From Balamuthia mandrillaris (taxonomy: Eukaryota), in the NCBI GenBank assembly GCA_031835245.2, contig JAVKOQ020000054.1, forward strand, positions 1 to 64,000: a stretch of DNA of 64,000 nt, given 5' to 3'. Made by a program: the position numbers and the translations under genes. Shown in pieces: positions 50,470 through 63,149 of this stretch (position 1 is its first letter; every line of letters starts with the position of its first letter). The notes below the pieces were generated by a model. It was given only the letters and a program-made list of their open reading frames with translations, was not told the DNA's origin and made no database searches.

Positions 50470-53059
50470 TCAACAAGGCACACCCTGAGCAGAACCCTGT
50501 TGATGATGAGGTTCAACAACAGCATCGGCGTTGCCATTGTTGTCACCTCCAAAAGAAAACGAAAGCGCCGATTGTTGTTGTGGTGAAGAGGAAGATGGGG
50601 CAGAAGAAGGAAGAAAAGGAATGCTTTCGCCAGAGGAAGAAAGAGACGAAGAAGAGGACGCCAATGACGGTGGCGGTGATGGCGAAGAGGAAGAGGAAGC
50701 AGCAGTAGATGAAGCGGAGGTCGGTGCTGAAGCTTTCGTCCGCGGCCGTAGTTGCGACATCAAACTCCAAATCTGAGCAAACGTGATGCGAACATCAAAG
50801 GAAGCATCCTCGGACTCGGCATACTCCTTCAGGATCATGAACAACTCCAACCTTCCCACCCTCTCCTTCAGGAAGGTGTTGTAGTCAGGCAGCTTCTTGA
50901 TCTGCTCATCCGCCGTGTCCGCCAACTTTGCGTACAGTCCCTCTGCCGCTCTGCTAACATCTGGTGGAGGCATCATCAAAGCCGAGTTTTGTGAAGAAGA
51001 GAAACTAGGGGTTGACGAAGCAGAACCAGAAGAACCTGAAGGAGAGCATCCCCTTTCCAACAACGACTTGAGCTTGCGAATGCCTTTCTTGATGGAGCGC
51101 TGGGGATAGGCCTGACAGCTACATTGTCCTTTTGCTTCGCACACAGCCTTACTGCGGCACCACTCCGAGCCGTTGCGCAGCAAGCCCTTCTTGTGGCGCT
51201 TGGAGATGGTGGCCTTGGACTTGCAGTTCTTGAGGTGGGCCGTAACCACTTTTTGGGGAAAGAAGCATACATCAAGGGTAATTTGTGGAGGAGAGTCCTT
51301 GAGACCATCGTGGAGGAGGGTCACTGGAGGGGAGTAGATGCTGTCCGCAAGAACAAGGCCCGTGTTTGTTACCACTTTGGTTTTTTTTTTTTTTTGATTG
51401 TAGACAGGATTAGCGCACGAGAGAGAGAGAAGAAAGAAAAGCGAACAACAGGCAAGCGTTGAGAGCGAGGGAGAGAGAGAGAGCTAAGAATGAACAATAA
51501 CAAAAATATAACTACCGTGTATTTTCATCACAAAGACCTTATCAGCGGGCAAAAGGTCATAAAAGGTTGGTCCAAACCTAATTTCGTCGTGATAACTCAA
51601 CTTTCTCGGTTGCAACTCAGGGGCGCGTGGTGGTTGTTGTGGATCGATTGGATCTTGTTGCTGTTGATAGTCGGTGGATATCACAAAGCCAATCACAAAA
51701 TGGACAAAGGAGGCAATAGTCTGGATGTCGGTAGAGCTAGTGGAGGGTTGGTGGATCAATTTGTGAACTGGAAACGTGGCTGTGTCGAAGAAGTACTCTG
51801 GTAGGTGTTCGAACGTTATCCTATAGAGAGAGAGAGAGAGAGAGGAGATGAGTTTACAAACACGAACAAGAGAGCGAACACACAAGTATATATACAAACC
51901 CGATAGTGACGGTGTGAGAAGGAGGTTGCGCTGGGGAGGACGAGGCGGTAGTGACAGCTGCTTCAGCAGAGGTGGTGCCGTTATTGATCGCTTGAAGCTC
52001 GTTGCCAACAAAAGAAGATGGAGAAGGAGAAATGGTGTCTGTGGTAGTATGTTGTTGCGAATAATGATCCTGTGTCGATGCGGGCAGCTTCTCAGCACTT
52101 GATGCAGCTTCCAAGGATGACACAACAACCGACGAGTCTTGTTGCTTCGGTGGTACGCTCTGACTACCACAACTGGCCAAAGGAGAACGAGAAGAAGAAG
52201 AAAGCGTTTGATCGTTTGGTGAAGGGGTGGATGAATCAGCATCCATCCGTCCATTCAACGGCGAAAGAAAGGGGAGAGGCGATGGACGAACAGGAAGAGA
52301 AGAAGCTGTTGTTGTTACGGAAGAGCATGCTCCTGCTTTGCTACTTCCTCGGGTTTTGGCAGCAGCGGCAGCCAACGCAATTTCTTTGCTTTGCGAGTCA
52401 AGCTCTCCAGTCAGAACTTTCTCTCTCAGAGAAAGGAGATAGGAGGCCAACGCCGCAGTGTCTTGTAGCTGAGCATTGCTGTTGTTTTGTTGTTGATCGA
52501 TGGAAGAAGCAGGAGGCGCAGAAGCAGACGGAACTTCTTCCGCCATTGAAGTGGGAGCGCCAGCAGCATAAACATCTCCTGCGGCCATGCTCTCCAAAGA
52601 AGAGGAACGGGACATGTCGCTATCGGCACCCGCCAAGTCTCCATCCTCTTCCTCCTCTTCTTCCTCCTCTCCCTTTCTTCGCCTTCTCGAGGACGGTGAT
52701 CGTCGCTCTCCTTGTAGTTGCTGCTGCTCGCCTCCTGCTTCTTCGGCTTCATCCTCTTCGGAGCTGTCGCCGCCTGCTCCACCGTTGCTCAAAGGTGACT
52801 TTTGCCGCGAAGCAGAAGAGGCGAGCGGAAGCGGATCGGTCTTGGGTTTTTTGGAAGGAGAGGGCTGCGACGAACGGACCGCCGTCTCGCAAGAAGAAGA
52901 GAGAGAAGAAGGAACAGCAGCGGCAGCTGTTCCGTTGTCCTTCGCCTTTGTTATTCCTTCCTCCGGCTCGTACTTTCTCTTCAAAGAGGAGGAGGGAGAG
53001 GAAGAGGAGGCGTCCAGAGGGCTGAGGAGGGTCGGCTCAAGAGTTGCTGTTGTGTTCAT
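50470..53059 (-). CDS. Hypothetical protein, multi-exon; low-complexity N-terminus and Cys-containing globular region
   Basis: Three long minus-strand coding segments separated by CT-rich GT-AG introns; no family recognised. Confidence 0.6.
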
Positions 53060-53922
53060 CTCTTTGTTTTTTTAAAAAAATCCTTTTATTTTTTCACATT
53101 TTGTGAAAAAAAAAATAATGAGAAAAAAGGTTAGAAAAAAAAAAAGAGGAAATAAAATCCAACATAAACAACAAAGAAGAAAGCTTTGTAGGAAGAGAGA
53201 GAGAAAAAAAAAAACAAAGAGTGTATTCTTGATTGTCACATTTTTCAAAAAAAAAAAACAAAAACAAAAATCATCCGCCTCTTGCAATCAAAATGCGAAA
53301 AATACACACACTCGATACCTAAGTACCTTGACGGAGCAAAGTTAAAAATAAAAAATAAAAAGGCTTTCCCTTTTTCACTTGAGCTTTCTCCTCTCTTCTC
53401 TCTTCCAAGGCTGGCGACGGCGGCGGCGTGGCGGAGAGGGTGACCGAAACAACAAAACAAAGACCAAAAAGAAAATTTCGCACACAACAAGAAATATTTG
53501 TTCTTCTCAGCAAAACGGAAAATTGAATAAAAAAAAATATCAACAAAACAGCAAAAAAAAAAACACACACAATGCTTTTATTTATTTGTTTTTGCCATCA
53601 TCGACCATGCGTGCAGTGACGATAGTTCTCTGTGTGACACAGCAATAAGAACCAAGAGAGTAACAAACACCCGCACGCGCACACACAAAAAGGGGAGAGA
53701 GGGAAAACCAGCAAAAAAAAACTTCGGGAGTCACCCCTGTCACCTCCCCGTAAAACGCTTGCTACCAAGTTTCCCTTCCCCTTACAGCCAGCCGCACTAT
53801 TATTACCACCGGAAAAAAAATTCAAACAGATCGTCCGTACCCGGATGGTCGTGCGTTCGAACTCCAACTACCGCAAGAAAAAATGCAAAGAAAAAGAAAA
53901 GAAAGAATAAACAGTTTGAGAC

Positions 53923-53972
<50 letters not shown>

Positions 53973-54178
53973 TGGTGATAAGAAATCATAGAGAAAAACA
54001 ATTTATACGGCAAAAAATAACGTGTTGGCAAAAGATAAAAGAATAAGAGTAAGAGAGGGAGGAAAAGGTGAGAGGTTGGACCGAACAATAGCCTGAAACT
54101 CAGGCTATTGGGGTTTTTTTAAGTTGTTGTTGTTGAAGGTCCATTCCGGTGCACTTGTTCTTTTATTGCAAGAGGCGC

Positions 54179-56991
54179 CTAAGACGCACTTTGTACCATC
54201 TTTTGGCAGGCCAACAAAAGGTCAATGGCAATGTCGAGGGCGCCGTCCATGTCCCTGATCCTCTCCAACTTGATGCTGGCCAGGTTCTCCATGGCAAACT
54301 GGATGCATTGCTGCCTGAGGGACATCATGTCTGCTCTCTCCCTCATGATGGCGAGGTACGTGACGGCCATGATGTTTATTACAAAGCCGGGGGTGATGCC
54401 TGTTTGTTTATAGGTATATTAGCGAGAGAAGACAGAGAGAGAGAGAGAGAGAGGAAAGCAATGTACCATTCTGAATGTGCTGTTCGCAGAGCTTCTTCAA
54501 TGCGGACATGTCATAGTGGTGAGCCCAGTTGACAAGCTCGCAGGCAGGAAGAGGGTCAATCTCGGTCTCGCCATAATACACATACTTGAGCATGGACCTA
54601 AAGGCGGCCTCGCTCATCCTGAAAGCCTTCTTCTTGCCTGGGGGAAGGGTCTGAACGGTGAGGTCGACCAGCTTGAGCACGTCGGTCATGTCCTCATCGC
54701 TGGCCTTGGCGTTCTCCTTCTTCTTCTCGGAGAAGGCCTTGGCGAGCTTCTTGCTGTGTGCGGCGAGGATGGCCTTGTGGAAGGGAATGTTCTTGGCTTC
54801 GAGCTTGACAAAGCTGTCAGAGTACTCCATGGTCTCGTAGAGCTTCTTAAAGTCCTTTCGGAGGGTGGAGGGAGGGCAGGAGCCACGGTCCTCGGTCTGA
54901 GGGCCGGTGGTGGCCTTGGTGGCGTTGATGGCAACAACCTCCTGGAAAAGCTCAAGGCCGAGAGTGTTGATGGACTCCTTGAGCTGCACGAACTGAGCAA
55001 AGTGCTCAGGTTCAAGCAGGAAGTCGAGGCAGATACACTTGACGGTCTTCTCGCCGAGCGTGGAGCTCTGCTTGAGCAGCTCTACCACGTTCTTCATGTT
55101 GATGATCTGAAGAAGGTAGTCCTCAGCGATCCATCGGAGCCTGTTGAGGCCGTAGGCCCTCGCCACAATGATGAGGTGAAGCACGTCGATGGGGCTCATC
55201 TTGGGGAACTCCACCTTGTCGCAGTACAAAAAGTCGAGGAGGTAGTTCACAGAGGCCACATCGTGAGCCCTGACGTCCAGCTGGATGGGAGCCTTGCCCT
55301 TCTTCTTCCTCTTCTCCTGCTGTTCCTTGATGGTCTTGTGGAACTGAGGGCAGCGAGCGGTCACAATGGAGGTGTGAGCACCAAGGGCGGTGGTTCCTCC
55401 TCCAGAGATGTTCACAGCGAGGTTGAGATCGTGGAAGGCAGTCTTCAGGCCAGCGCCCTTGCGAAGGTTGATGTGGGAGAGCTCACAGTCAGGTTCAAGA
55501 ACAGCCTTGTCAGAGGTAGGTCGAGGGAGCCTGCGGCCACCGACAGCAGCGGGGGCAGCAGAAGAGGCGGAAGCGGCAGCAGAGGTATCATCGGTGGAAG
55601 CGACAGTGGGGGTGGCTCCTTCAGAGGCCTTGATGGTGCTTCCAGGAGTACTGGCGCTGTCCTCGGGGCTGCTGAGGTCTCCAGCGGTGGTACTCTCCTC
55701 GGTGACGGTAGAGTCTTTCTCCTTGCCCTTGTCCTTCTTCTTTTTCTTCTTCTTGCCATCAGCGGCAGCGGCAGCTCCGGTGGGCCTTGGAGAGCCAGCG
55801 CTTTCGGCGACGTGTCCAGCCCTGGAGGCCTTCCTCATCGGGCTGTTGCCAACAATGACCGCGCTTTGGGCCTGAGGCTCGTCCTTCTGTTGTTGGGCAA
55901 GGCTGGTGAAGGAGGGGGTTCCAACGACAGTGGGTTTGACGGTCTCCACCTGAGCGGCGCCCTCGGCGGATGTGCCTGCTCCCTCTCCCTTGGCGGCCAG
56001 TTGCTTCTTGAGGTCCTCGATGGTTTGGTCTTTGGCTTTGATGGTTTCATGGGCCTCGGCCAGCTTGGACTCCAACTCGGAGATCTTCTTGTCCTTCTCC
56101 TTTATTTGCTCGAGCAACTCTTCCTCACGCCCTGAAGATTTGGCCTCCTTTGAATACGAGCGTCGATGAGTTACCAACCGAAACAATTGAGGAAAAGAAG
56201 GGGAGCAAAGAGAGGAGAGCATACCGAGGAAGCAGCTGCAGAAGTGGAGGCAGTGGAAGAAGAGGAAGCGGCCGCCTCGCCCTTTGACTCCGTAGAGGTG
56301 GCTGTGGCGGTGGCCGTTCCCTCAGCCTTGGCCTTGTCGTTTGTGGCGGTGGCAGCAGCAGAACCTCCCTTGGCGACATCTGTGACAGATCCCTTCTTCT
56401 TTCTTTCTTTGCTCTGATGATGATTTTAAATCAAACCACACCCACAAAATCATCCACTGGACAAAAAAAAGGGGGTGGGGAGGGAGGCGGGGGGAAACCA
56501 ACCTTGATGGAAAGCGATCGTTCCTTCTTTCCTACCGCGGCCTTCTCCTTCTCGTTCTTGTCGGCCGTCTTCGCGTCCGCCTTGCCATCTCCTGCCTTGG
56601 CCTCTCCCTTCGCCTCGCTCGCTTCTCCCTTCTTTTCCTCCTTGTGGTGCTCTGCCGCCGAAGCTTTGTCTCCTCCCTTGTCGTGCTTTTCCGATGAAGC
56701 CGAGGCGTCCTTCTTTTCGGCTGCCGCAGCCGTTCCCTTTTCTGTCTTGCTCTCCGAGGCGCCCTTCTTTGTGTCCTTTGGGGTATCCTTCACCTCTTTG
56801 TCGGCATCTTTCTTGTCTGGCTCATCTGCTTATAATATAGATTAGTTTTTTTTGTTATAAAAAAGTTTTAAAAAAAGGATAAACAAATAAAGAAGAGAGA
56901 AGGAACGGAAAGAAAGAAAGGGAGAAAAAAAAGAAGGGTCGTTTGCGGTACCTTTGCTTTTCTTCCTAGCAGACTTGCTTCGAAGGGACAT
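54179..56991 (-). CDS. Tandem BTB/POZ-domain protein with charged N-terminus, multi-exon
   Basis: AHTSIVTARCPQF...LLDFLYCD and FHKAILAAHS...MLKYVYYG; ATG at 56991 inferred from splicing. Confidence 0.85.
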
Positions 56992-58096
56992 TTTGTTGTC
57001 CGACGAAGTGGACTTTGCTGGTTCTTTGGACGCCAGTTTGAACGGTTTTGTTTGGTTTTACACCTCCCCTTCTTCTTTATGATGTAGTGTACAGATGAGG
57101 GCGACTGTGGTGGGAAGAAACAGAAAGCAAGAAAGAGAGGAAGAAAGCCAAACAAGACTCTGCATCAGTTCGCTTTCTTGCAAACATACAATCCCTTCGA
57201 AACAAAAAACCAAGCAAAGACCTCTTACCCTGGAGTACGGAAAAACACTCTGGCAGCAAACCTCTTGGGAAAACAAAAAAAAAAAGAGAGAGTAGAACAG
57301 GGAAAAAAATATTAACTAGGGGAAGCCTTCCGCAAAGCCCTTAGTATTGCTCTCCTCTGGTTTGAAAATAAAGAAAAAAAAGCTTAAAAAATAACTATTT
57401 TTTTTTCCCTTTTCGGACTTCAGTGGGACCAACGGTCAAGTTTTTTTTTCTTTGTATGCGACCCGCGCTCCCCAACCTATTTTTTTTTTTTGTCTGTGTG
57501 TTGTCTTTTGGGTTTTTTTTTTGAAGAAGAGGCGCCAGTGCACGCCATTGGCGGGAATAAAGAAATAGCATGATTTCTATTGGTCGCCGGAGTTACGATG
57601 TCGACAAAATCTTCTCGCAGCAAAAGAAAGAAATACTCGCCGTTGTAGGGCAGGCCATGTCTGTAGCAGCTGCGAGGGGGACTTCTCCTGCCTGCAACAC
57701 ATGGCAACACATTTCAACGTTAAAGTAGCCCTCTTTTTTCTTGTCGTACTACAAGTGGAGTTAATGATAATAATGAATTTAAACTAAAGAGTTCTAACAA
57801 TATCTGCGAAGCCTCTCTTCCGAATGCTTTGTGTCGTTTCTCAGCCCTGGAGTCAGACATCATAGCATACCAACCTCTCTTGTCGTCGCTCAACCCCCAA
57901 CCTTAGCACACAACCTGTGCCAGTTGCTTTGGCAAATGGTAACTGATTCGTGTAAAGACTCCGTGACGACACGGTAAACATTTCGAGACGACACGAAAGG
58001 AGGTATTTCTATTCTGACCAGCAATGCCGCTCAAGCTGTTCACCTTTTGACTTCCTGGAAAAAGCGTAAAAGAGAAGAGAGAAGCAGACTCGAAGC

Positions 58097-59341
58097 ATGC
58101 TCCTGTGTGCCAGCGGCCGGAGGGGGGCTTGTCCCTCCTCCTTCTCTTCCTCGCCCTTTTCTGGCTGTTTTTCATCCTCCTCCAAACCTGCATTGCCTTT
58201 GGTGCATCGGCTCAGCTTCCGGCCGGCCCATCTCGTTCCTTTCTCCTCCCGGCCTTTTGCAGCTGCTACTTCTTCTTCCTCTTCTCTCTTTCGTGCTCCT
58301 CGTTCTTCTCTCCTTTCTTCGTCTTCGCCCTCCCCTTCTCTTCTTCTTCTTCGAGCGGCGAGCAAGAGTCGCCCCTTCTTCTTCACCGCAGCTCCCAAAA
58401 GACGAGAGATCTCTTCCTCCCCCGCTTCCTACGGCAGTGGCAGCTCGGCGCTGAGCATGAGGCAGGGCTTCCTGGCGGGTCTGGCGTGTGCCTCCCTCCT
58501 GGCCTACTGGACGCTGGAGGAGGTGTACGGACCCATCGACCACGCTCTCGATCGAGCCCGTCGTTTCTCGGTGGCCGCCAAAACGGTACTACCGGATTTC
58601 ATCGTTCTCTCGCCTCTCGCTCTCCTCTTCTCACCTTGGTTTTGTTTTCAACAACAACAGGCTGTGCTGGTTGCGTATGACTACAAGTCGAGTTTAAGGG
58701 GTGTCACCGGCGAAGAGAGAAAACGGGTCATCAAAGAAGTTCATCAGCGGTGCGTTCTTGTTTCACTCCGTTCCTCCTCTTCTCTCTCATTTCACATCGT
58801 TTTGTCGTTCTCACTCTCGTTCTTGCTGCTCTCATTCTCCGTTCTCCTCGTCTTCTCCTCTGTTCTCTGTTTTACGTTCTCTCTCCCTCACGCTCTCTCT
58901 TTGCTCCGCTTTCTCTCGCGCGCTCAACGACAAACAAAAAAACAGATCTGCAGAGCGACTATTAGCCAGCTTCCGCAAATTGGGCGGCATCTATATCAAA
59001 GCCGGGCAACACATCTCATGCCTGGAGTACATTCTCCCTACGGAGTACACCTCCACTATGTCCCCTCTGCACGACCAGGCCCCGACCGAGTCCTTTGACA
59101 ACGTGGTGCGGGTCTTCAAGGAAGAGTTTGTTGGCAGCCATCCCGACGAGCTCTTCGCCTTGTTCGAGAGAGAGCCAATCGCGGCGGCTTCGTTGGCTCA
59201 GGTCCATCGGGCGGTGAGGTATGATGGGGAGGAAGTGGCTGTCAAGGTGCAGTTTCACGGCCTTCACCAGCGAGCGTGGGGCGATGTGAGGACTATCGCC
59301 TTGCTTATCGATGGTGTTGCTTGGGTTTGTTGTTTTGCTTT

Positions 59342-59377
<36 letters not shown>

Positions 59378-59404
59378 ATTATTTTGATTCTCCGTTCTTT
59401 GTTC

Positions 59405-59445
<41 letters not shown>

Positions 59446-59586
59446 ATTCCGAGAATTGAATGTTAAAACAAGCCACGAGCAAAGGATGAAAGCACAAAAC
59501 ATAGAATGAGTGTATGCGATGCACCAACACAAAAACATGCATGCATACCACTGATTCCATTCTTATTCTGCTTCTCTGAAGCTCAT

Positions 59587-59622
<36 letters not shown>

Positions 59623-60377
59623 GTTCTTGACAATCTCTCCCTCCTTCTCCCTCCTCTTTCTCTCTCTCTCTCTCTCTCATGTGCTCTCTGTTTTATAATG
59701 CTTTGTTCATCGCTAACATAAGGACATTTGGCTGTTAATAGCTATTCCCCGAGTTTGAATTTAAGTGGTTGGTAACAGAGTTCAATAACAATCTACCAAA
59801 AGAACTTGGTTTGCTCTCTCTCTCTCTCTCTCTCTCTCCATTATTTATTTTCTGAATGTTGTACCGAGTAGATTTTGTGAACGAAGGCAGGAATGGAGAG
59901 CGGTTGGCTCACAACTTCAAGGATTATCCTCATGTTGGTGTACCCAAAGTCCATTGGGTACGTTTCTCGTTATCTAGCTTCGAATGTATCCACGTTTTTA
60001 TGATTTTGTCGTTGCTTATTCTTTTTTTCTCTTTCTTTCACTTTATTTCTTTCAACAGGACCTAACAACAAAACGTGTGCTTACGATGGAATACATACAC
60101 GGAAAGAAACTGGACGATATGAAAGGCCTGGAAGAACTAGGAGTGAGCGTGAAGAAGGCAGCGACCTTGTTGGCCACCGTCTTTAGCAAACAAATTTTTG
60201 TGGATGGGCTAGTTCACTGCGACCCTCACCCTGGAAACCTGTTAGTACGACGAGCTGATCGAAAGTTATGCAAAAGTGGTGCCTGGGATGTTAATGCTGG
60301 TAAAGCTCTCTCTTTCTCTCCTTTTCTCTTTATCTCTCTCCCTCTCTCTCTCTCCCTCCCTCCCTCCCTCCCCCCCC

Positions 60378-60413
<36 letters not shown>

Positions 60414-61180
60414 CGGTGATAACCTTTTTCTTGCTAAAGAACCAGAGCTTGTGGTTCTAGATCACGGCCTCTATAGAGAGTTAAACGATGAGTTTAGGTA
60501 AAACAGGAATGCTTTCTTCTTTCTTCATCCTTTTCACACGTCTTCTCCTTCAAAACAATCAATCCAAATATCGCAGATTAAACTATTGTCACTTGTGGTT
60601 ATCGCTGATAGAAATGGATGAAGCCAAGATCAAACATTATTCACAAGTGCTTTGCGGCCCCAAAGCCGACTATCAGCTCTTCTCCGCGATGCTGACCGCC
60701 AGGGCTTGGGATGCCGTCAAAGCCGGCCTCAAAAATAACAAGCACATGGATAGCAACGAAAAACAAGCTATCCTGATAGGCGCTCAGCAACGATTGGTTG
60801 AGATTGCTGACATTCTTCGTACTGTTCCTTCTGGTACCATCCCCCCCCCTCTTTCTCTCTCTCTCTCTCTCTCTCTTTAACTTTCTCTTTGGTTGTCTCT
60901 TTATCTCGCTCCATTCTCTCTTTACTTCTTACTCTGTTTTCTAACATACCTCATCTCTCTCCAAAACAAATAGATTTGTTGCTGTTATTTAAAACAAAGT
61001 AAGTGCATTTTTTGCTTTGTTTGTTTCCTCTTCTAAACTGACTGTTTTGTTTCTCAGTGATCTGTTGCGTCTATTAAACCGGCAGTTGGGCTCTCCTATA
61101 AATACCTTCACCATTACTGCTGACTACTGCATGAGAGGCATTCAGGAAGATAGCCTCCGAAAAGGTTTAAACTCGTCCCC

Positions 61181-61218
<38 letters not shown>

Positions 61219-61420
61219 CCCCCGCTTTCTCCCTCCCTCTCTCTCTTTCGCTCTCCCTCTTCCTCTCTCCTGTTTTCTTGTCTCACAATTATGATGAACC
61301 ACAGACCCAAGCTTGAAGAATCTGCTTCGGGTTAAGGCAGAACGCTTCGCGTGGACTTGCAAAGTTCGATTGATGGATTATGCTCTTTGGTTCTCTTCTT
61401 TCTTTTCTTCACAAAAGTAA
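58097..61420 (+). CDS. ABC1/UbiB (ADCK1-like) atypical kinase, multi-exon
   Basis: GGIYIKAGQH, AAASLAQVH, VAVKVQ, LTMEYI, HCDPHPGN, LDHGLY. Confidence 0.92.
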
Positions 61421-61450
61421 AAAAAATAGTGTTGGAAACGCGAAGAACTT

Positions 61451-62695
61451 CTATTCCGTTCTAAGCTCAATCCAAGAGCCAGGAAGGGGCCGGGCCAAGC
61501 ACCTGTGGCTGCAGCACAACAGCTCCCACCGCACTTGCCTTTTCCTATCCCAAAACCTTCGCACAAGACTCCCTCCTCCTCCCTCCCCCTCTCCTTCTTG
61601 TGCAGGGGCAGCCTCCAAAAACACGCATTCACACACGTCGCATCGTCGCTGCAACCTTTCCAGTCTTTCCTTCACTTCCTCCGGCAGCACCACCACACGT
61701 TGTTGTTCTTCACTTTCTTCTGCCCCTTTGGTTGCTTCTTCCTCCTCCTTCGCTGGTGGCTCGGTTGTGCGCTGCTTCTGGTGGTTCTGCTCCTGCCATG
61801 GATGAGGAGGCAGCCAAGCGAAGGGCAAGGGTGGAACAGGGGCCAACATGCCCACAGGTAAAAGCCGGTCCCTCAGCACCGCCTCTCCGCTCAACTGCCA
61901 CAGACTTTTGGGCATGTGGCTGGCCATGGCTGTCGCCCTCGCTTTCTCCTTCTCTTCTTCCATCCTTTCTTGCCCACAGGGCAGAGAGGAAAGGTCGAGC
62001 CAAGGAAGCAGCTGATAGGAGGAGGTTGGGATGGCCTTCAACTGGTTGTTGGAGAGGTCACAGTCGGTGAGGGCGGTCAGCTTCCCAAACTCTGCGGGCA
62101 AGGCCCTCAACTGATTGTAGGCGAGGTCGCAGTAGGTCAGAGCGGTCAGCCGACCAAACTCGCGGGGCAGGGCTGCCAGTTGGTTGTGCCAGAGCTCGCA
62201 GCGGGTGAGAGCGGTCAGCCGGCCAAACTCAGGGGGCAAGGCCTTCAACTGGTTGCCGGAAAGGTCGAGGTGGGTGAGGGCGCTCAGCTGACAAAGCTCA
62301 GGCGGCACGGCACTCAACATGTTGCAGGAGAGGTTGCAGCGGGTGAGGGCGGTCAGCCGACCGAACTCGCGGGGCAGGGCTTCCAGATTGTTGAAGGAGA
62401 GGTTGCAGTGGGTGAGGGCGGTCAGCCGACCGAACTCGGAGGGCAAGGCCGTCAACTCGTTCTTCGAGAGCTTGCAGTGGGTGAGGGCGGTCAGCCGACC
62501 AAACTCAGCGGGCAAAGCTGCGAGCTGGTTCTTGGAGAGGTTGCAGTGGGTGAGGGCGGTCAGCCGTCCGATCTCACCGGGCAAGAGGGTCAAATCAGCG
62601 CCCGAAAGGCAGCAGGTGGCAGAACGTGCAAAGGGTTGGAGGAGGGCGGGAAGTTCCCCGCCACGCACCATCGCGTCCGCTCCCTCGTGTTCCAT
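61451..62695 (-). CDS. LRR protein copy 3 (~9 LRRs), intronless
   Basis: Same 23-aa LRR, PKSLWQLSGEAVL and RCDVCECVFL...LLCCSHRCL. Confidence 0.9.
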   Translation of the reverse strand: MEHEGADAMVRGGELPALLQPFARSATCCLSGADLTLLPGEIGRLTALTHCNLSKNQLAALPAEFGRLTALTHCKLSKNELTALPSEFGRLTALTHCNLSFNNLEALPREFGRLTALTRCNLSCNMLSAVPPELCQLSALTHLDLSGNQLKALPPEFGRLTALTRCELWHNQLAALPREFGRLTALTYCDLAYNQLRALPAEFGKLTALTDCDLSNNQLKAIPTSSYQLLPWLDLSSLPCGQERMEEEKEKARATAMASHMPKSLWQLSGEAVLRDRLLPVGMLAPVPPLPFAWLPPHPWQEQNHQKQRTTEPPAKEEEEATKGAEESEEQQRVVVLPEEVKERLERLQRRCDVCECVFLEAAPAQEGEGEGGGGSLVRRFWDRKRQVRWELLCCSHRCLARPLPGSWIELRTE

Positions 62696-62915
62696 CTTCC
62701 TTCCTTTAACCTGGGTTAATAATAATATTTGAAGCGCACCTAGTAAAAGCAAAGCACGGCTGATGAACGGCTACATAGCCCGTTCTTTCTTTCTTTTTTT
62801 TTTTGTTTAAGGGGTTGGCATCAAGGAAGGGGGAAGCCAAACCTTCTCTCTCTTTGGTTGGTTTTTGCCGGGGTTAGCGCAGAGGGCAGGGGCGTTACAC
62901 GCAGCGGAGAGGGAT

Positions 62916-62985
62916 TGTCGACGGTGGGGGTCGAACCCGTAATCACCTTATTAGGATAGTTTCTTAAACCATTCCCCGCTTTGGA
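62916..62985 (-). pseudogene. Possible decayed tRNA-like sequence (Ile AAT-like loop)
   Basis: Minus strand reads TGGTTTAAG ... CTAATAA ... GGGTTCGACCCCC; stems are imperfect and there is no acceptor stem. Confidence 0.25.
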
Positions 62986-63149
62986 AATTTCACCTCCTCA
63001 TAGTGTCCTAGGATAAGCGCTACAGTGGTAATATAACAGCGATGCAATAAACAGGGCGGCACCTTCTTTTTGTTTTATTTTGTTGGTGCACGGAAGAAGC
63101 AGGGTTAGACTCAAAGGGAACAGAACACAACAGCACAACAACACAGGCA

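Noticed and set aside
54477..56135. 552-aa plus-strand ORF
   Set aside because: Antisense shadow of the codon-biased BTB gene.
62950..63015. HDV-like ribozyme (CACCTCCTCATAGTG)
   Set aside because: No convincing P1/P2 nested pseudoknot.
63099..63110. Telomerase-RNA template-like CTAACCCT on the minus strand
   Set aside because: An 8-mer can occur by chance and there is no supporting structure.
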